A DNA stretch of 64,000 nt from Catajapyx aquilonaris (taxonomy: Eukaryota), in NCBI GenBank assembly GCA_000934665.2, contig JYFJ02000923.1:1-64000 (forward strand). The letters run 5' to 3'. Of the stretch, positions 40,101 through 53,047 are shown piece after piece. The notes beneath the pieces were generated by a model. The model was not told where the DNA came from, ran no database searches, and was given only the letters and a program-made list of their open reading frames with translations. A program made the translations under genes and the position numbers. How positions within the stretch are numbered: position 1 is the stretch's first letter; every line of letters begins with the position of its first letter.

Positions 40101-41595
40101 AGAGCTTTTGTTTCTCACAGAGGTATCTCTTTTCGCCCCCCTTTCTCGCGGTTCAATTTAGTTTTTAACCACAAAGTGAAGCAATTTGGACCATATGCTC
40201 GGGTGTAAGTATAGGCAAAATGCAATGTCTACTGGTGTCTATAGTTATGTTCTGTTCGAGTAAGCGTCCAACTATAGATCCCTTCTGATTTGTGTTCAAT
40301 TTGTTCCGTTTGGGTCTCCTCTCCACTTTATGTCCTTTCCGATCTGTGCCTAATTTGTAACACCAGACCCGTGCCAAACACGTCCTTTGTCGTTACATGC
40401 CCAACTAATTACGTTCCGTTCTATTCGCAACTATACTTTTGTTATTTACTATAATATAATATTTGAGTTCATCAGTTCCGTACCCAATATATAGTGTTCT
40501 GTTACCTTACCAGTTCATCTTCTCTAATTAGTTCCGTTCCTCATCCAATATATTTCATTCTGATTCATCCTTGGATTCATCCATTCTCATGATGAATGTA
40601 CAGTACACCAACAAGGTCACCCATCATGCAGCCATACAGCCAAAGGTGAATTTTTATTTCCACATCATAATTGAACGTGACACTAGTATATGGAGAAGGT
40701 TGGCAGTTCACTCACAACATTCGCTCTCTCAAAGGAACCTGTGCTCATGCTTGCACCATATTAATTCTCTTGCTTGCACGCAGCTGAATTGAGCATACGC
40801 GACACGCGATGTTGAACGATATGTCATGACTGCCGGTTATCACGTTTTTGGACTCAACAACCTTCGTCAAGTTAGGGACGAACAGGATACGGAAGGGAAC
40901 TAACATATCTGTCCATAGCTAAATATACATTTAAGTACAATATATCGAGGGTGCACTTCTTCCGCTCGTCTGGATATGCATGTATCATACACCCGCGAGC
41001 ATAAAGATGGAGACAGCATGCCCTCCCCTTCGGCAGGCTGCTCTGCCAATCTCACCTATTACGGTATCAAATATACTGTCATAAATACACGAACGCACGC
41101 CTGAAGCAGCTTACTCGGTCCAAAAATAGTTCATTAATTTGAGTCAGATAAAGAAAGGTCAAAAAAGGGCCTGCCGTCTCCATCTTTACGCTCGCGGGGT
41201 ACATAGTGTACAGTACAGGTACGTATTGTGAGTGGGTGGGCCAGAGAGAATCGTTCTCTAGCTCTCTTGCAGTTAGAAAAACTACTTTAATCCCATTGTG
41301 AAATGCCCATGTATGCATTCGAACGCGATGATGATAACATTACATACGTAATGCCAATTCAATAATGTTGATTAGGTAAGGTTTTCATCAAATGATGAAA
41401 ACATTATTGAATTGGCATTATTACTGAGCAGAAAACGACCCAAATGCTTGTTAAAACATGCTGCCAACTTATCGAAAAAGTCAGATTCGCAGATTCGATA
41501 AGTTGGCAGCACGTTTATAACCTGTATGGTCAAGCCTGCGGAGTTCACTTATTTGTGCCTCTATGCAGCGGGCAAGGCAGCGGGAGCTTGACAGG

Positions 41596-41909
41596 GTGCC
41601 CCATTATCGGGCCCTGGGCCCTTGTTAGGGGAGTGGGATACCACCATTTGTTGGAACCATATACTGGATATGTCTAGTTGTTCCAAGGGTAAGTAGGAGG
41701 GGATGTGCAAAGTGCCAGTGCAATGTCGTATATTGGTCATTTTGTGAACTCCCCCGGGTGGATTAGTCTAGCGGAAATTTCCACCCGAGACGAAGCCAGA
41801 GATGGCCCAACTCTGCACGAGATGAAGGGGGGAACCCCGGGCTGGGATCGAACCCGGGACCTTAACATCCGTGGGCGCGTGCGTTACCGCAGCACTACTC
41901 CGCCTCCCT
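41596..41909 (-). mobile_element. tRNA-derived SINE (family A), copy 2, with 14-bp flanking direct repeat
   Basis: Homologous to 26566-26776. GGGAGCTTGACAGG occurs at 41582-41595 and 41910-41923. Confidence 0.85.
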
Positions 41910-42416
41910 GGGAGCTTGACAGGTTATACAAGTACTACATGTGTTATACAGTGTTCTAGACTACTGGGCATGTGAACAGAAAAAGTTAAGAAAATTTAAA
42001 ATTTAATATCGGGAAATCCCGGGTGGACGTTTCCGTTCCTGTCAAATATTGAAATATAATATTCACGTTTACTATGGTTATTGGTACAAAGTAGTGTCCT
42101 TTGTTACACATTATGCAGGGCACACGAAATCAGATATTGAAATGCAGCTGGAATATTAACTTCGAATAGACTATAATAATTATGTAGGCTAACTAAAACT
42201 GGCTGGCAGCTAAACCAAAGCGACATGGAGACGAGTGCAATAATTCAAGGGCGAAATGCAGCACCTATATTGCAGTAAATCTCTGTTGCCTGTTTTACAT
42301 GTAAGAAATAATTTTGCATATTGAAGAGATGGACGAAAAAACTACCTTCACTTATGGCACTTTCGATATAATCAACTCAATCAATGCAGCTGGACAATAT
42401 AAGGATACCGTATATA

Positions 42417-42797
42417 TACAGGGTGTATCTGAACTCAGTGCCCCGACGTATATGACTGCCTTCCTAGCCACCAGAGGATCCATTTAAGTATAGGAGTCAT
42501 TATGTTTGGCCGCCGCATTACTGAGATAATTGGCCGCAAACATGTAGTACTACAAAATATCCTGTCGGTTAGGCCACCCATCGAACCCTCCCCCAGTCAG
42601 AAGGCTCTGGAAGGTCTGGGGGCGGGACTTTGTTGGTTTGTTGCCCACAGGTGGTAAGGCCTCTTTGGCTAGTTACACCAGAAAATTCTATTTAAAAGTC
42701 AGAAGGAGCGATTAGGCAAAAATCGCTAAAGAGTGTATCTCAGTAATGAGGCTGCCCAGACATAATGACTCCTCTACATAAGTTGATCCTCTGGTGG

Positions 42798-42836
<39 letters not shown>
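42417..42836. mobile_element. Tc1/mariner-like MITE remnant with long internal inverted arms, ending in (TA)n
   Basis: TACAGGGTG left end. Arms ~42465-42527 and ~42737-42800 are imperfect reverse complements. (TA)n at 42799-42836. Confidence 0.65.
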
Positions 42837-42839
<3 letters not shown>

Positions 42840-44814
42840 GGGATCACCTCCTTTTAAACAATAAAACATTACTGTACAAATCATATGAGTCATTTGCGTG
42901 ATGAAGCTATGTTTTTCTTATCCCGAGTACAAATTTAATAAATTAAATGTCAATTTTAGGAGATGCATTTTTCTCCAGCCCGCCCCTTTCAATATTACCG
43001 GTTCGTGTTTATTTTTGCCGTATTGTATGCACGTAGACATAGTTGGTTGTCACTTTCGTCACTTTGGTTGTCAGTTAACCAAGTTTGGACCAGTGCTGAA
43101 TACCTTGAAGCGGCTACTGCATTTGTAACCCACGGAGGCCGTGAGACTGTGTCGTAATTCACACAACTGGTGAAACCTAGCGAAATCGCATTAGTGTCGC
43201 TCGTGTTGCGACTAATCCGAAACTTCATTAACCCTGACTTGCTTGGCCGGTAACTACCACGCATATTGTAATCCTATAATCACTGCCCCGTCGCCGCGCT
43301 ACTTTCACGTGCGCCTCCTAAAAGCTTTTCTTAACTACATCAAACATTACGCGGTTGGAAGAAACCAGGTCATTTTGCCTTAAGTAACGCCCCAACCTTT
43401 CATCTTTAATATAACAATTGCAAGTGTAACAATGTTAGTCCCGGGTGAGGAAATGAGAAAGTCCCGCGGCGCCTGAAAGTCAGCATGATTCAATTAGAGG
43501 CAGACACGTTGACAGATTAGGAAGGACGGCCAATCGTGGCAAAGATTCTCATTTGCATTCCAAATCGCTTCCTCGAATTCGGCTGTCGGTCTGTCTCCAC
43601 GGACGCTTTTTCCTTCTCATTTCTCTTTTTTGTTCCTCGCTTTAATTACCATGTTTTCCAGCGGGAGGAGCGCGAGATGGAAGAGGCTGTTTCCGATCGT
43701 CGCCATTTTTTTTCTTTTTCTTTTTTTTTGTCTAAATCTATTTAATAGAATTTCCTTAGGGCCATTAGTAAGTGTTAGCAGGACTCGGAGCAGGAGCGAT
43801 TGCCCCTGTGGGTTAGACTTTCCGCAGCGGGTCTTGAATCAGCGATTCGCTCGAATAGAATCAGCGAGTCGCCCTACTTGAAGCGGCCAAACTGATTCGG
43901 GTTGATGCGTTAGGGAGGGACAAATGAAGGGATTTGTAATGCGCATTGCTTTCATATCGAGATGACAGAGTGGAGAGAAATCCACTCTGTCTCGGGCGAG
44001 ATTGTCCTGATGATTCCCTGGGCTGGCTCCATCATCAAACTGAAAACGGAGCGGGAGATGCCAGGTAATTGCATTACGCCCTTTGCTAACAAAACACACG
44101 CCGGCACATTTCCTTCGGCCGTAATTCGCCTTCGTCCTCTTGCATAAACAAGCGGAAAATTACGCCTTCCGAGAAAGGCACGGGGTATCTTAAAAACAGG
44201 GCTTCTTGCTTATTAGCTTCAAAGACAAGTAGGCCTGTTCAAACCCAAGAAGCCTGCTACATATAAACTTATTATGCATTTTGCCCTGAATCGTGAATAG
44301 ATTTGGCAGAGGTGGTTAACACTGACCTCGTAACTGGAGGTTTTTGCAAGTTATTTTCTTTGTGCATTATGCATACAGTGGTGTCTTCATGCAAAAAAAT
44401 TAGATGCAGATGAGGTATACCTTCGTTGTTTTTTGACACCATGATTATACTCGTAGTTGGCCAATGATAATGTTATGATCAAAGGAGATAACTATATTCC
44501 TGGAGATTCACCCCCCCCCCCCCTCCAACCCAAAAGAGACCTCAAACAAGATGGCGACTGTTGACGGCGGAAAATTAAGGTGATGTGATGATAGATCCTT
44601 AACTATTTCTTGACCTACACATGTGACATTTTTGCTGGAAATCGACAGTCGTACTGAGTCTATTGTACGTACTATGGTATGGTGTTTTAACACTTTCCTT
44701 GAAAGTTGAAACACTTGGAATTTATACATATAAATTCCGTACACTGTTGGTCATAAATCGAGGCATACTAGCTGCCAGCGACATTCACAGAAGCGGCAGA
44801 AAAAGGAATCTTGT

Positions 44815-45498
44815 TCGCCCGGCTTGGAGTATGCTTATCTTCGATTCCTTCTTCTGCCACTTCGGAAAATGTCGCTAGCAATATGCTTCGATTTATGACT
44901 GATCAACACTGTATACCGTATGCCAATGCAGCCAAAATTTGCACCTCATTTTTTGATTATTTTGCAAAAAAGGACGCCAATAACCCGCCTATTTTTTACC
45001 ATATAGTCTACCTGTTAGATACGAGGGAAAGACTGTCAATTACTTATTAATAGCTTCAAGTAAACATCCTTAATGAAGAGGAGACAACCTCAAGCCAGTC
45101 CAAATCAACATGCACTATCTTTGAGGAGGACTGCCATGCAGAAATTACCGTCAATCTNCTCGCCCGGCTTGGAGTATGCTTATCTTCGATTCCTTCTTCT
45201 GCCGCTTCGGAAAATGTCGCTAGCAATATGCTTCGATTTATGATCAACACTGTATACCGTATGCCAATGCAGCCAAAATTTGCACCTCATTTTTTGATTA
45301 TTTTGCAAAAAAGGACGCCAATAACCCGCCTATTTTTTACCATATAGTCTACCTGTTAGATACGAGGGAAAGACTGTCGATTACTTATTAATAGCTTCAA
45401 GTAAACATCCTTAATGAAGAGGAGACAACCTCAAGCCAGTCCAAATCAACATGCACTATCTTTGAGGAGGACTGCCATGCAGAAATTACCGTCAATCT
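44815..45498. other. ~340-bp direct duplication around a single N (probable uncollapsed haplotypes)
   Basis: 44815-45157 vs 45160-45498, N at 45158. Seen differences: two substitutions and a 4-bp indel. Confidence 0.85.
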
Positions 45499-48163
45499 AC
45501 TGAGATCTTTGATGACAACGACGTCATGCATCACGGTAGAGGGTGAGACAAGATTTCAGGTGCACCTATTTTGCATTCTATATGCAAATAACTTCGGACT
45601 TAGAAAACAAGGTAAATTAATCGCTCAATAAATTAATAATGCACACTCGACCGTCGAAAATACCGCTGAAAAGGCAAAGTCATTTTTTGACATGCCACAT
45701 TGCACTGTGTGAATGAAATGAGTCGTTCGGAGCAGTCATACAGCTAATCTTTCATCGCCTCTAGCTAAACCCCTCACAAACTAGCGTGTGTGAGTTGGTT
45801 GTGCAATTGTTGGACCATCAGATATCCGAATGGGGTCTGTCGCTTACGCGTGTTTTACCACTTAACTTACTTTATTGCATCGATAGGTGACCTCGTCGAC
45901 AGCGCTCAATATTCCGGAACGAGGGCAGTTGAATCCTCAGGGCAGCAGGATGACCATAGAAGATACAAAGAGCTTATCCTGTGAAATTAATATATGAACA
46001 ATATTCTAGTAACGAAAATAAAATCCAAGTGTGGGGATACCAGGACTTTGAACACGTTCACTCACCGAGATCAAAACGGGCAATGTGTACTCCGATGATC
46101 CACGGAATACAGCCGACAAAATAAAGTTACACCAGCACCAACCACCAACAGACTATACACTCCGGAATGGGCAAATATGCCGAATCGTTGTGTTTATCTA
46201 GGGGAAAGCAAGCAGATGATTAGCTAGATGCCTCCCATTGGTTCAGGTGATCTTGGGAGGGCGTAAGCAATAAGTTATCGTCCTGCATCGGGGTATGGAG
46301 AAGTACCGATATCAGGGTTAATATTCCCTCATAGAAATGGCATGAGCATTGGCCTGTTTCATCCGGCGCATTTTACCATGAATTTGTTAAAACTACAGTA
46401 TACGTACTGTACTACATACGGAAACGTTACTATTGCCTATAAGAGTTGGTCGGTGTAGCGCATGATGCCACTTAAACGGAAAAAACTATCCACCTACGAA
46501 TTTGGTGTTTTGAAACACAAGTGCATTAATAATACCTACACCACTAAAAGCAGGGCTATTATTTCATCAAAAGGGTAACAACATTGGAAAATTTAGCGTA
46601 CCGTATAGATTTGACTGATTTGGTAGGTACAGTACGTACGTAATTTATTTCCTGATTGTTCATATATTTTTTTAATAATTTAATATTGAAAGCGGATTTA
46701 AGGAGCCCACATGGGGCAGTTCTTAATTCATCAAATTTTAAAGACGGTATTATTTTGAAATTGTCATAATGGAAAGGTTCCTCTGATACACTGACTCGTA
46801 TACCTATTCCTGCAGCAGATTTGGCATAATAGTGGTTATTCCTCGGTAATAATGCGTGAGGTTATTTAGGATCCTCGATCGACGCACTACGCATCTTCTT
46901 CTCGACTTAATTTTTGGCATCATTACAATGCCAAAACTCTATAATCAGTCATGACAGGTCGGAAAAAGGCATCCAAAAATGCCGAATAGAAGTCAAAAAA
47001 ATGTTCCTATATAAACTTAGGTCGGTGTATACTACTTGTTGTAGTACCGGTATATTACATGATTGTACAAAACAGCCTGTGAAACCCCAAAATGTGGACT
47101 TTGAGGCTCTATAAACCCTTAGTTATTTAGGCCCTGGACTGAACTTACGAGGTGGATAAATATAACTCGAAGTCATCACCACGCTCACAAAGGACGAAAA
47201 AGGCTTTTATCAACAAATCCGGCCTGTAATGATAACACAGCTGTACGTATAGAACATTCTGCATCATACCGGCATTTTAACTCTGGTTGTCAAAATAATG
47301 CTAAGAATTTTACACACATATCAAATTTGGCATAAGTTACTTGTTACTATGCTAGTGGCATTGTTGTCAAGTGAAATTTGATGCGGTCACATCTTCGGTT
47401 ATTCGATAATATTTTGTGTAATACACCAAGCCACACAACGTGGTCTAGACTAGAGTATACAGTAATGGATGGTCATCAGTTAGTTTGAGGTAGAGAGTGG
47501 AGAGAGCGCATTAACCAAATTACTAAAGAGTCTCTTGAGCTGTAGTATACTACAGCTGGCGGAAAGGGCGGACAGTCCCAATTGACATCCAGGAGAGGAA
47601 TGCCGTTTGGAGAGTTACATTACATACCGGTACTGTACTATTTGTCGTGGAAAAAAATCCAAATGTGTCCTGGCGCTATACAACCATCAGTACTGGTGTG
47701 TACATTTTTGAAGGCGCATTTCTCATATTTCCAAGTTGCTTATAACTAAGCAATATTTTCTACTTGCGAATGCAAAATACTTTTACGTTTATTTTTATAT
47801 CATTTATGATAATGGGGCGGTAACGACAGGAGGACCCACCCTGGTGCCAAACACTTCAGGTACTCTCCTATATGTCTTTGATGAAGTTCCTCGATGCAAT
47901 CAGCACCTTAAAATGGAAGCCGTGTTAGTTAAATCCATATGTATAAGCTTCGAATCATGGTTATTTACGAAGCCAAGAAACAACTTGTTGGCCTGTTGCG
48001 TATTACAGTACATTTTGATTGCATTCAAAGCAGTTGGCTCTAATATTAGAAAGCTATACCCTACTCATCAAATGGTCCGAGAGGAGGCAGGCTGCATATT
48101 GGTAACTGCCTGAGATAGTAGGAGGGATGTCACACCTGAAGGCTTCCCGGACTGGATGTGCTA

Positions 48164-48390
48164 CAGAGTGTTCCAAGTATTGGGATCCTTTTAGGTTATC
48201 GTTTCGCCCGAAGTTGTTATTTTTGTGCAGCTTTTTGCGTTCCGATCAAAGTGCCCAACTATTCCCAGGTGTGGTCGAATGTAGCAACTGGTGATATCAT
48301 GGGCACCTCTTATCAGGTCGTGAAAGGCTACACAAAAATAACAGCTTCGGGCGAAATTTGCGATAACTAAATGGACCTCAACACTGTACA
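48164..48390. mobile_element. Diverged second copy of the 60138-60374 MITE
   Basis: TA|CAGAGTGTTCCAAGTA left end and shared interior (GAAGT.GT.ATTTTTGTG..AGCTTTTTGC ... TATTCCCAGGTG..GTCGAAT). Right end degenerate. Confidence 0.55.
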
Positions 48391-48621
48391 GTACTATACC
48401 AAAGAAAAGTTTCGAACAAAAGTATTCTGGTGCGCCTTAAGCACTGTCTTGTCATAGTGGAGATCAAAAATGGGTGTCTGATTAGTTCTGCAGTAATAAA
48501 ATAACGTTCAGCTATTCAGGAAAGAAAGCACGCCATGCGCCTAATACTCACACATTAGCTAGCACTTTCTCACATGCCGTGAGAGCAATGAAAATGGCCT
48601 AAAGGTAGAGCTTCCTCTTTT

Positions 48622-48643
48622 TCATCATCATCATCATCATCAT
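48622..48643. repeat. (CAT)n microsatellite
   Basis: Direct reading. Confidence 0.85.
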
Positions 48644-50550
48644 CCATTCAAACTTTGTGGGTGACTTCTGGGCATTTACGCAATCCACTACATTTATTGA
48701 ACTAATCTTTTATGGAGTTTGCTTTTATACTGTCAAATAGCCCCACGCTGTTTGAGCAGTATGACAGTAGTCATACAACGCAGGTTCAAATGATTATTTA
48801 ACTTGAGCAAACTGTCGTGGTATCCTTATTCATATATTAGCCTCTCAACCTAAATTGAACCCGAGATGTGAGGTCCGCCAGGTTAGGTTGGTTCTATTGG
48901 ATTTTTCCAAGCACAGCGTCACAACATATAGGCCTTTTTCCATGTTATTATGAGGGCTATAAGCAGAAGCCGACTTTCTCTTATGCACTAGAAATCACTC
49001 CGCTCAAGAAAGACGCTTAGATTGCCGTCACTCCAGGATAAAAAAACTACTTTTTTCATTCCCTTAGCTTCCAGTCAAGGGGACCAATGTGATTTACTGA
49101 CATATGTGACATTTCCACCAGCCACTAGAGTGCGTTGAAATATAACACACATTCATTACAGTCATAACCAACACATATCTCTGTGAAAAGGATAGCCTGC
49201 AATAAAGGGGCAGATGCATTAAGTTGATTCACAAATATGATTTCACGATAACGTATATGAAACTTTCTGCTAGCGTATGATCAATGATATGCATGAAATT
49301 ATTTCTTTTTATCGTGCGAGAAATGGGCAGATCTAGAGTTATACATTAGAATGTTTATGGCCTTCCGGAACGAGAACGACAAGAAAGATATAGGCTCCGC
49401 CCCTTGGCTCCTTCTATTTTCATGTTATCCGAAAGCGAGCCGGAATTGGATTTGGTATTTAGGATATTTTGGGTCAAATAATTTTAATAATCCATTGGTA
49501 TGTCTAACTACTAGCCGCCTCACGAAATACATTACTTAACTAAGTCTGTACAATTGGTGTAATATTCATCAACGATACAAGTCAATTGCATGTTAGATGA
49601 GAACAACGGAACACCAACACGGGTTTCGTGTAATAAATTAGCCGTGGCAAATATTGGATTGGCATAGGGTTTCTCTCCCTCTCCCCTTCCTTTTACCCTC
49701 TCAGCTTGAGTTGAGAAACGACTTCGTTGTGGCGAAGTTTCGTTGCAAGAAGGAAAGTGAGAGGAAGTTGCCTGCAAGTCCCATTCAAGGGTTTGGGGTA
49801 TAATTATTCCGACGGGAGGCGTGTTATTGCCATTGACACTACACTGCTGCCCGAGGAACCAAGATTCTAATTAAGGAATGCGAGGCGGTTTCTAAATGCT
49901 GAAAGCCTAGCCTGGAAGCAGGAAGAAGTAGACAGAGGGTAGGGGGTAAAAGAGTGGGGAGGTGTTTTAGAACTCAGATGCATTTTATATACTTAGTCAA
50001 CTAAAGTCTCATTAGCATCCAGAAATGAAAATTAAGATATCTTCTTTGGCGGGATTTTATAATGAAGTTCTAGTCTTAACAGATTGGTCATTCTGGGTCG
50101 ATGTTGTCAAGAGGTATAGTTCCTGGAAAATGCTGGTACAATATTTAAGTACTGTAGAATAATAGTTTTTAAAAACTCGCTCAACCAATAAGTAGGGCTA
50201 TACTCATAGCCAGTGAAAAGGGTACATTTCCTCTTTAAGTGGTTTTAAAATGTGAATATGGATTATCAGACTTATGGTATAATACATGCCCTTCAGATCC
50301 GGAGTAGGCCATCCCAGAGAATCGTAATATGACAAAAGCAAGCAAATTGGATTTTGCAGTATGCTCTAAAGACTTCATAAGGACTGCCATGTTTCACATT
50401 TAAGTGCACCCTGCTTCACCCTGCAATGCTTCTGACTCAAAAACAATCGATATTTTTTGGGATGGTCCAACCAGGCTTTGAGGGACTAAAATGTCACCCT
50501 AGAACTCACGCACCTTTCCTGTACTGCAGCAAACCCATTTGATTCCACAG

Positions 50551-50758
50551 ATCAGATCCCACTGCACCTACCCGTGTCAGTGCTCGGGAGCTCCCGTGTG
50601 TCCTCCAGGTGTGGCTCAGGTGGTAGATGGATGCGGATGCTGTCGCGTGTGTGCCCGACAAGCAGGAGAAGAATGCGATGGTACCCGACTCTGCGACGAA
50701 GCTCAAGGATTGGTATGTCAGTACCCTGGGCATTTGGCAGCGACTGGCACATGCCGAG
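50551..50758 (+). CDS. Ccn: CCN coding exon 2, IGFBP domain
   Basis: ttccacAG|ATC... encodes IRSHCTYPCQCSGAPVCPPGVAQVVDGCGCCRVCARQAGEECDGTRLCDEAQGLVCQYPGHLAATGTCR. Contains the GCGCCxxC motif and 12 Cys. Donor G|GTGAGT, phase 1. Confidence 0.95.
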
Positions 50759-50822
50759 GTGAGTGATAATGGCAACATTGTGTATGACTGAAGCTAATAT
50801 TTGAATCTTTTTTGGTGCATAG

Positions 50823-50914
50823 CTATCAAAGGACTGCCATGCCAAGTGAACAACCGTACTTACGACAACGGCGAGACTTTTCTACTAGACTGTCGGACGC
50901 AGTGCACGTGTCAG
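50823..50914 (+). CDS. Ccn: CCN coding exon 3, N-terminal half of VWC domain
   Basis: Follows a 64-nt intron (catAG|CT). Encodes (A)IKGLPCQVNNRTYDNGETFLLDCRTQCTCQ, resembling CCN Y..GE.F...C...CTC. Donor CAG|GTATGT, phase 0. Confidence 0.95.
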
Positions 50915-51280
50915 GTATGTTCAATTGACCCTATTTTTGGGTGACTGGAAGTGCCACCAATCAGTGTGATCGAGTCGCGCTTCAGAGGCTAGTGGCTCTC
51001 ATTACTTTCACGACCTTTCCCCCCTCCGAACCCTTACCCACCTACCCAATTGCCTTCATCACTCTTGGTCGACGTCGCAGTTCATCGCCCTTTTCTTTAG
51101 TTCTGCAAGCCTATGGACTTGGTCGCATGCTTCGTGCTGTTCGAATTATATAGGACATACTGTATTTCATTTGGATGTATCAATGGGAGAGAACATCGGG
51201 AATGTTTTAAGAACAAAATATATATTTTAACCTTTTGAACATTTTTTAAAACATCTGATGCACATGCTGTGCAGAAACTG

Positions 51281-52084
51281 TTAAAACAAGTCGGGAAGGT
51301 TTCGGGGTAGCTCGATTGGGGTACGGTGATGATTCCGATGGAGTAGCTTCATTAACTTTGGAAGGGACACCTCGTATGGAGCCTCTTCGAACTCTACTTC
51401 CACTTTTTCTTCGGACCCACTGCATCCTTCTTTCAAAGCGACCTTTACGGGATGGGGTACTAGGGAAAGGCGAAGTTGTGGCATTCCTGGAAGTGTCGAA
51501 TTCTGGGAGTTTCTGGACACCCGAGGATTAGCTGCCAGGCGTTCATCGTACTTTTTCATGATCCTTTGTTCCGTGTTCAAGTATTCGCTCATTGAATCCT
51601 CCCATTCATCGCGACAATACTTTTCGGCTTTCCGGTTTCCGGTTACAAAAGAGGCACTAAGATGCCCTGCCACAATCACGTCCTCCTCTTCTTCTTCCGA
51701 GTCATCTGATAGCAGGTTATCTCGGAAGGTGGAATTCAGGACGCCTTTTTTGGTTGTGGTGTCGGAATGGACTAGGTCAAAGTTCATAAAGTCGAGGTAA
51801 CTGTCTGGGACAGATAGCATGTCTACAGGCAGAGGATCAGACACATTTCCCTGGAATTCTGCTGTTTGATCTTCTTCCTTCGAGTCAGTGTCAACATCTA
51901 CTTGCAACTGGATGTCTCTCGATGTATTCGGAGACTCCTCGGATGTATTGCAACTTCGTAGCTCACTCCAGATGGTAAGGTCGTTTGCAGTCGACTCCTG
52001 GGTTGTCCCTACAATCGTGTGCATTACTTCAACCTCCTCCGAACCGTCAAAGTCCACCTCCGGAATACTTGTTTTAGTCGCCAT
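51281..52084 (-). CDS. Candidate nested antisense gene, 267-aa acidic protein of unknown function
   Basis: Uninterrupted ORF inside the CCN intron 50915-54629. ATG in GCAATGG context. On the minus strand a CTAAC branch-like motif (52116-52112) and CAG acceptor (52097-52095) lie just upstream. No family recognised. Confidence 0.55.
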   Translation of the reverse strand: MATKTSIPEVDFDGSEEVEVMHTIVGTTQESTANDLTIWSELRSCNTSEESPNTSRDIQLQVDVDTDSKEEDQTAEFQGNVSDPLPVDMLSVPDSYLDFMNFDLVHSDTTTKKGVLNSTFRDNLLSDDSEEEEEDVIVAGHLSASFVTGNRKAEKYCRDEWEDSMSEYLNTEQRIMKKYDERLAANPRVSRNSQNSTLPGMPQLRLSLVPHPVKVALKEGCSGSEEKVEVEFEEAPYEVSLPKLMKLLHRNHHRTPIELPRNLPDLF

Positions 52085-52631
52085 TGCGACCTTGCTGATG
52101 GGACAAATTATGTTAGTATAGCAGTCTTCCCAGAAGTGCTTAAAACAATGATTTAAGAGGAACAACAACAGTATTTTTGTCTATTTTTTCTGACTACTGT
52201 AGTCTAAGTTAGAACCGGTCAGAACTCTAATAGATGTCGAATAATATCAAAGAGGTTTACTAGCCCAGAATTGGTATTCTTCCCAGAAATGACTATTAAT
52301 TAGTGTAAGTTAGGCCTACTTACAGAGTGTCTGGCGTTTGGGTCACCTTGATGGTTTTCACCACTATGACGATCTGTCACTGGTCTGCTGGTCACTTGAT
52401 CCGGAATGAATGTAGCATTATTATCTCCTCTGTTTATAACATTCACAGATGTACACTGGAAACAATAACAGACACGTGATTGAGGCAGAAAGCAAGGCCA
52501 ATTATAAAATTCATCTTTGTTGCAACTTCTAGGCCATTCAAAAGAAACAGAGACGCAAGAGAGTCTATGCGGTTGAAACTTCTTTATTTTAATGAAATTG
52601 CTAATAAATTTACGACTACTAGAGTCAGTAG

Positions 52632-52633
<2 letters not shown>

Positions 52634-52697
<64 letters not shown>

Positions 52698-52948
52698 GAT
52701 ACCCCGTGATAGGCCCCTTGGGCCTCTTAGGGGATCATCTTTTCGTGAACCGTCTTTAATCATTGCCTGCGTGTGATGGATTTTGATTGCAGGAGGAAAC
52801 GGGAGAACCCCGAGAAAACCCACGCGAACACGGAGAGAACCCATCGAAACTCTATCCACATAAGCATCCTTTGCGCGACCCGGGGATCGAACTCGGGACC
52901 TTAGAGGTGGAAGGCTGTGGCGCTAACCACTCCGCCACCGTGTCGCCC
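52634..52948 (-). mobile_element. tRNA-derived SINE (family B, V-domain-like), (TAT)n tail, 13-bp TSD
   Basis: A and B boxes, central GTTCTCTCCGTGTTCGCGTGGGTTTTCTCGGGTTCTCCCGTTTCCTCC, and (AAT)n ~52634-52696. AGAGTCAGTAGAT occurs at 52621-52633 and 52949-52961. Confidence 0.9.
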
Positions 52949-53047
52949 AGAGTCAGTAGATTATGTTAGCTAGCTGGCTGGAGTGTGGATTCTCTGTACT
53001 ATTCACTAGCTATTCCTTACACATAATTGGTTTAATATTAGCCTGTG

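Noticed and set aside
52584..52859. ORF with poly-Tyr
   Set aside because: It is the translation of a SINE and its (TAT)n tail.
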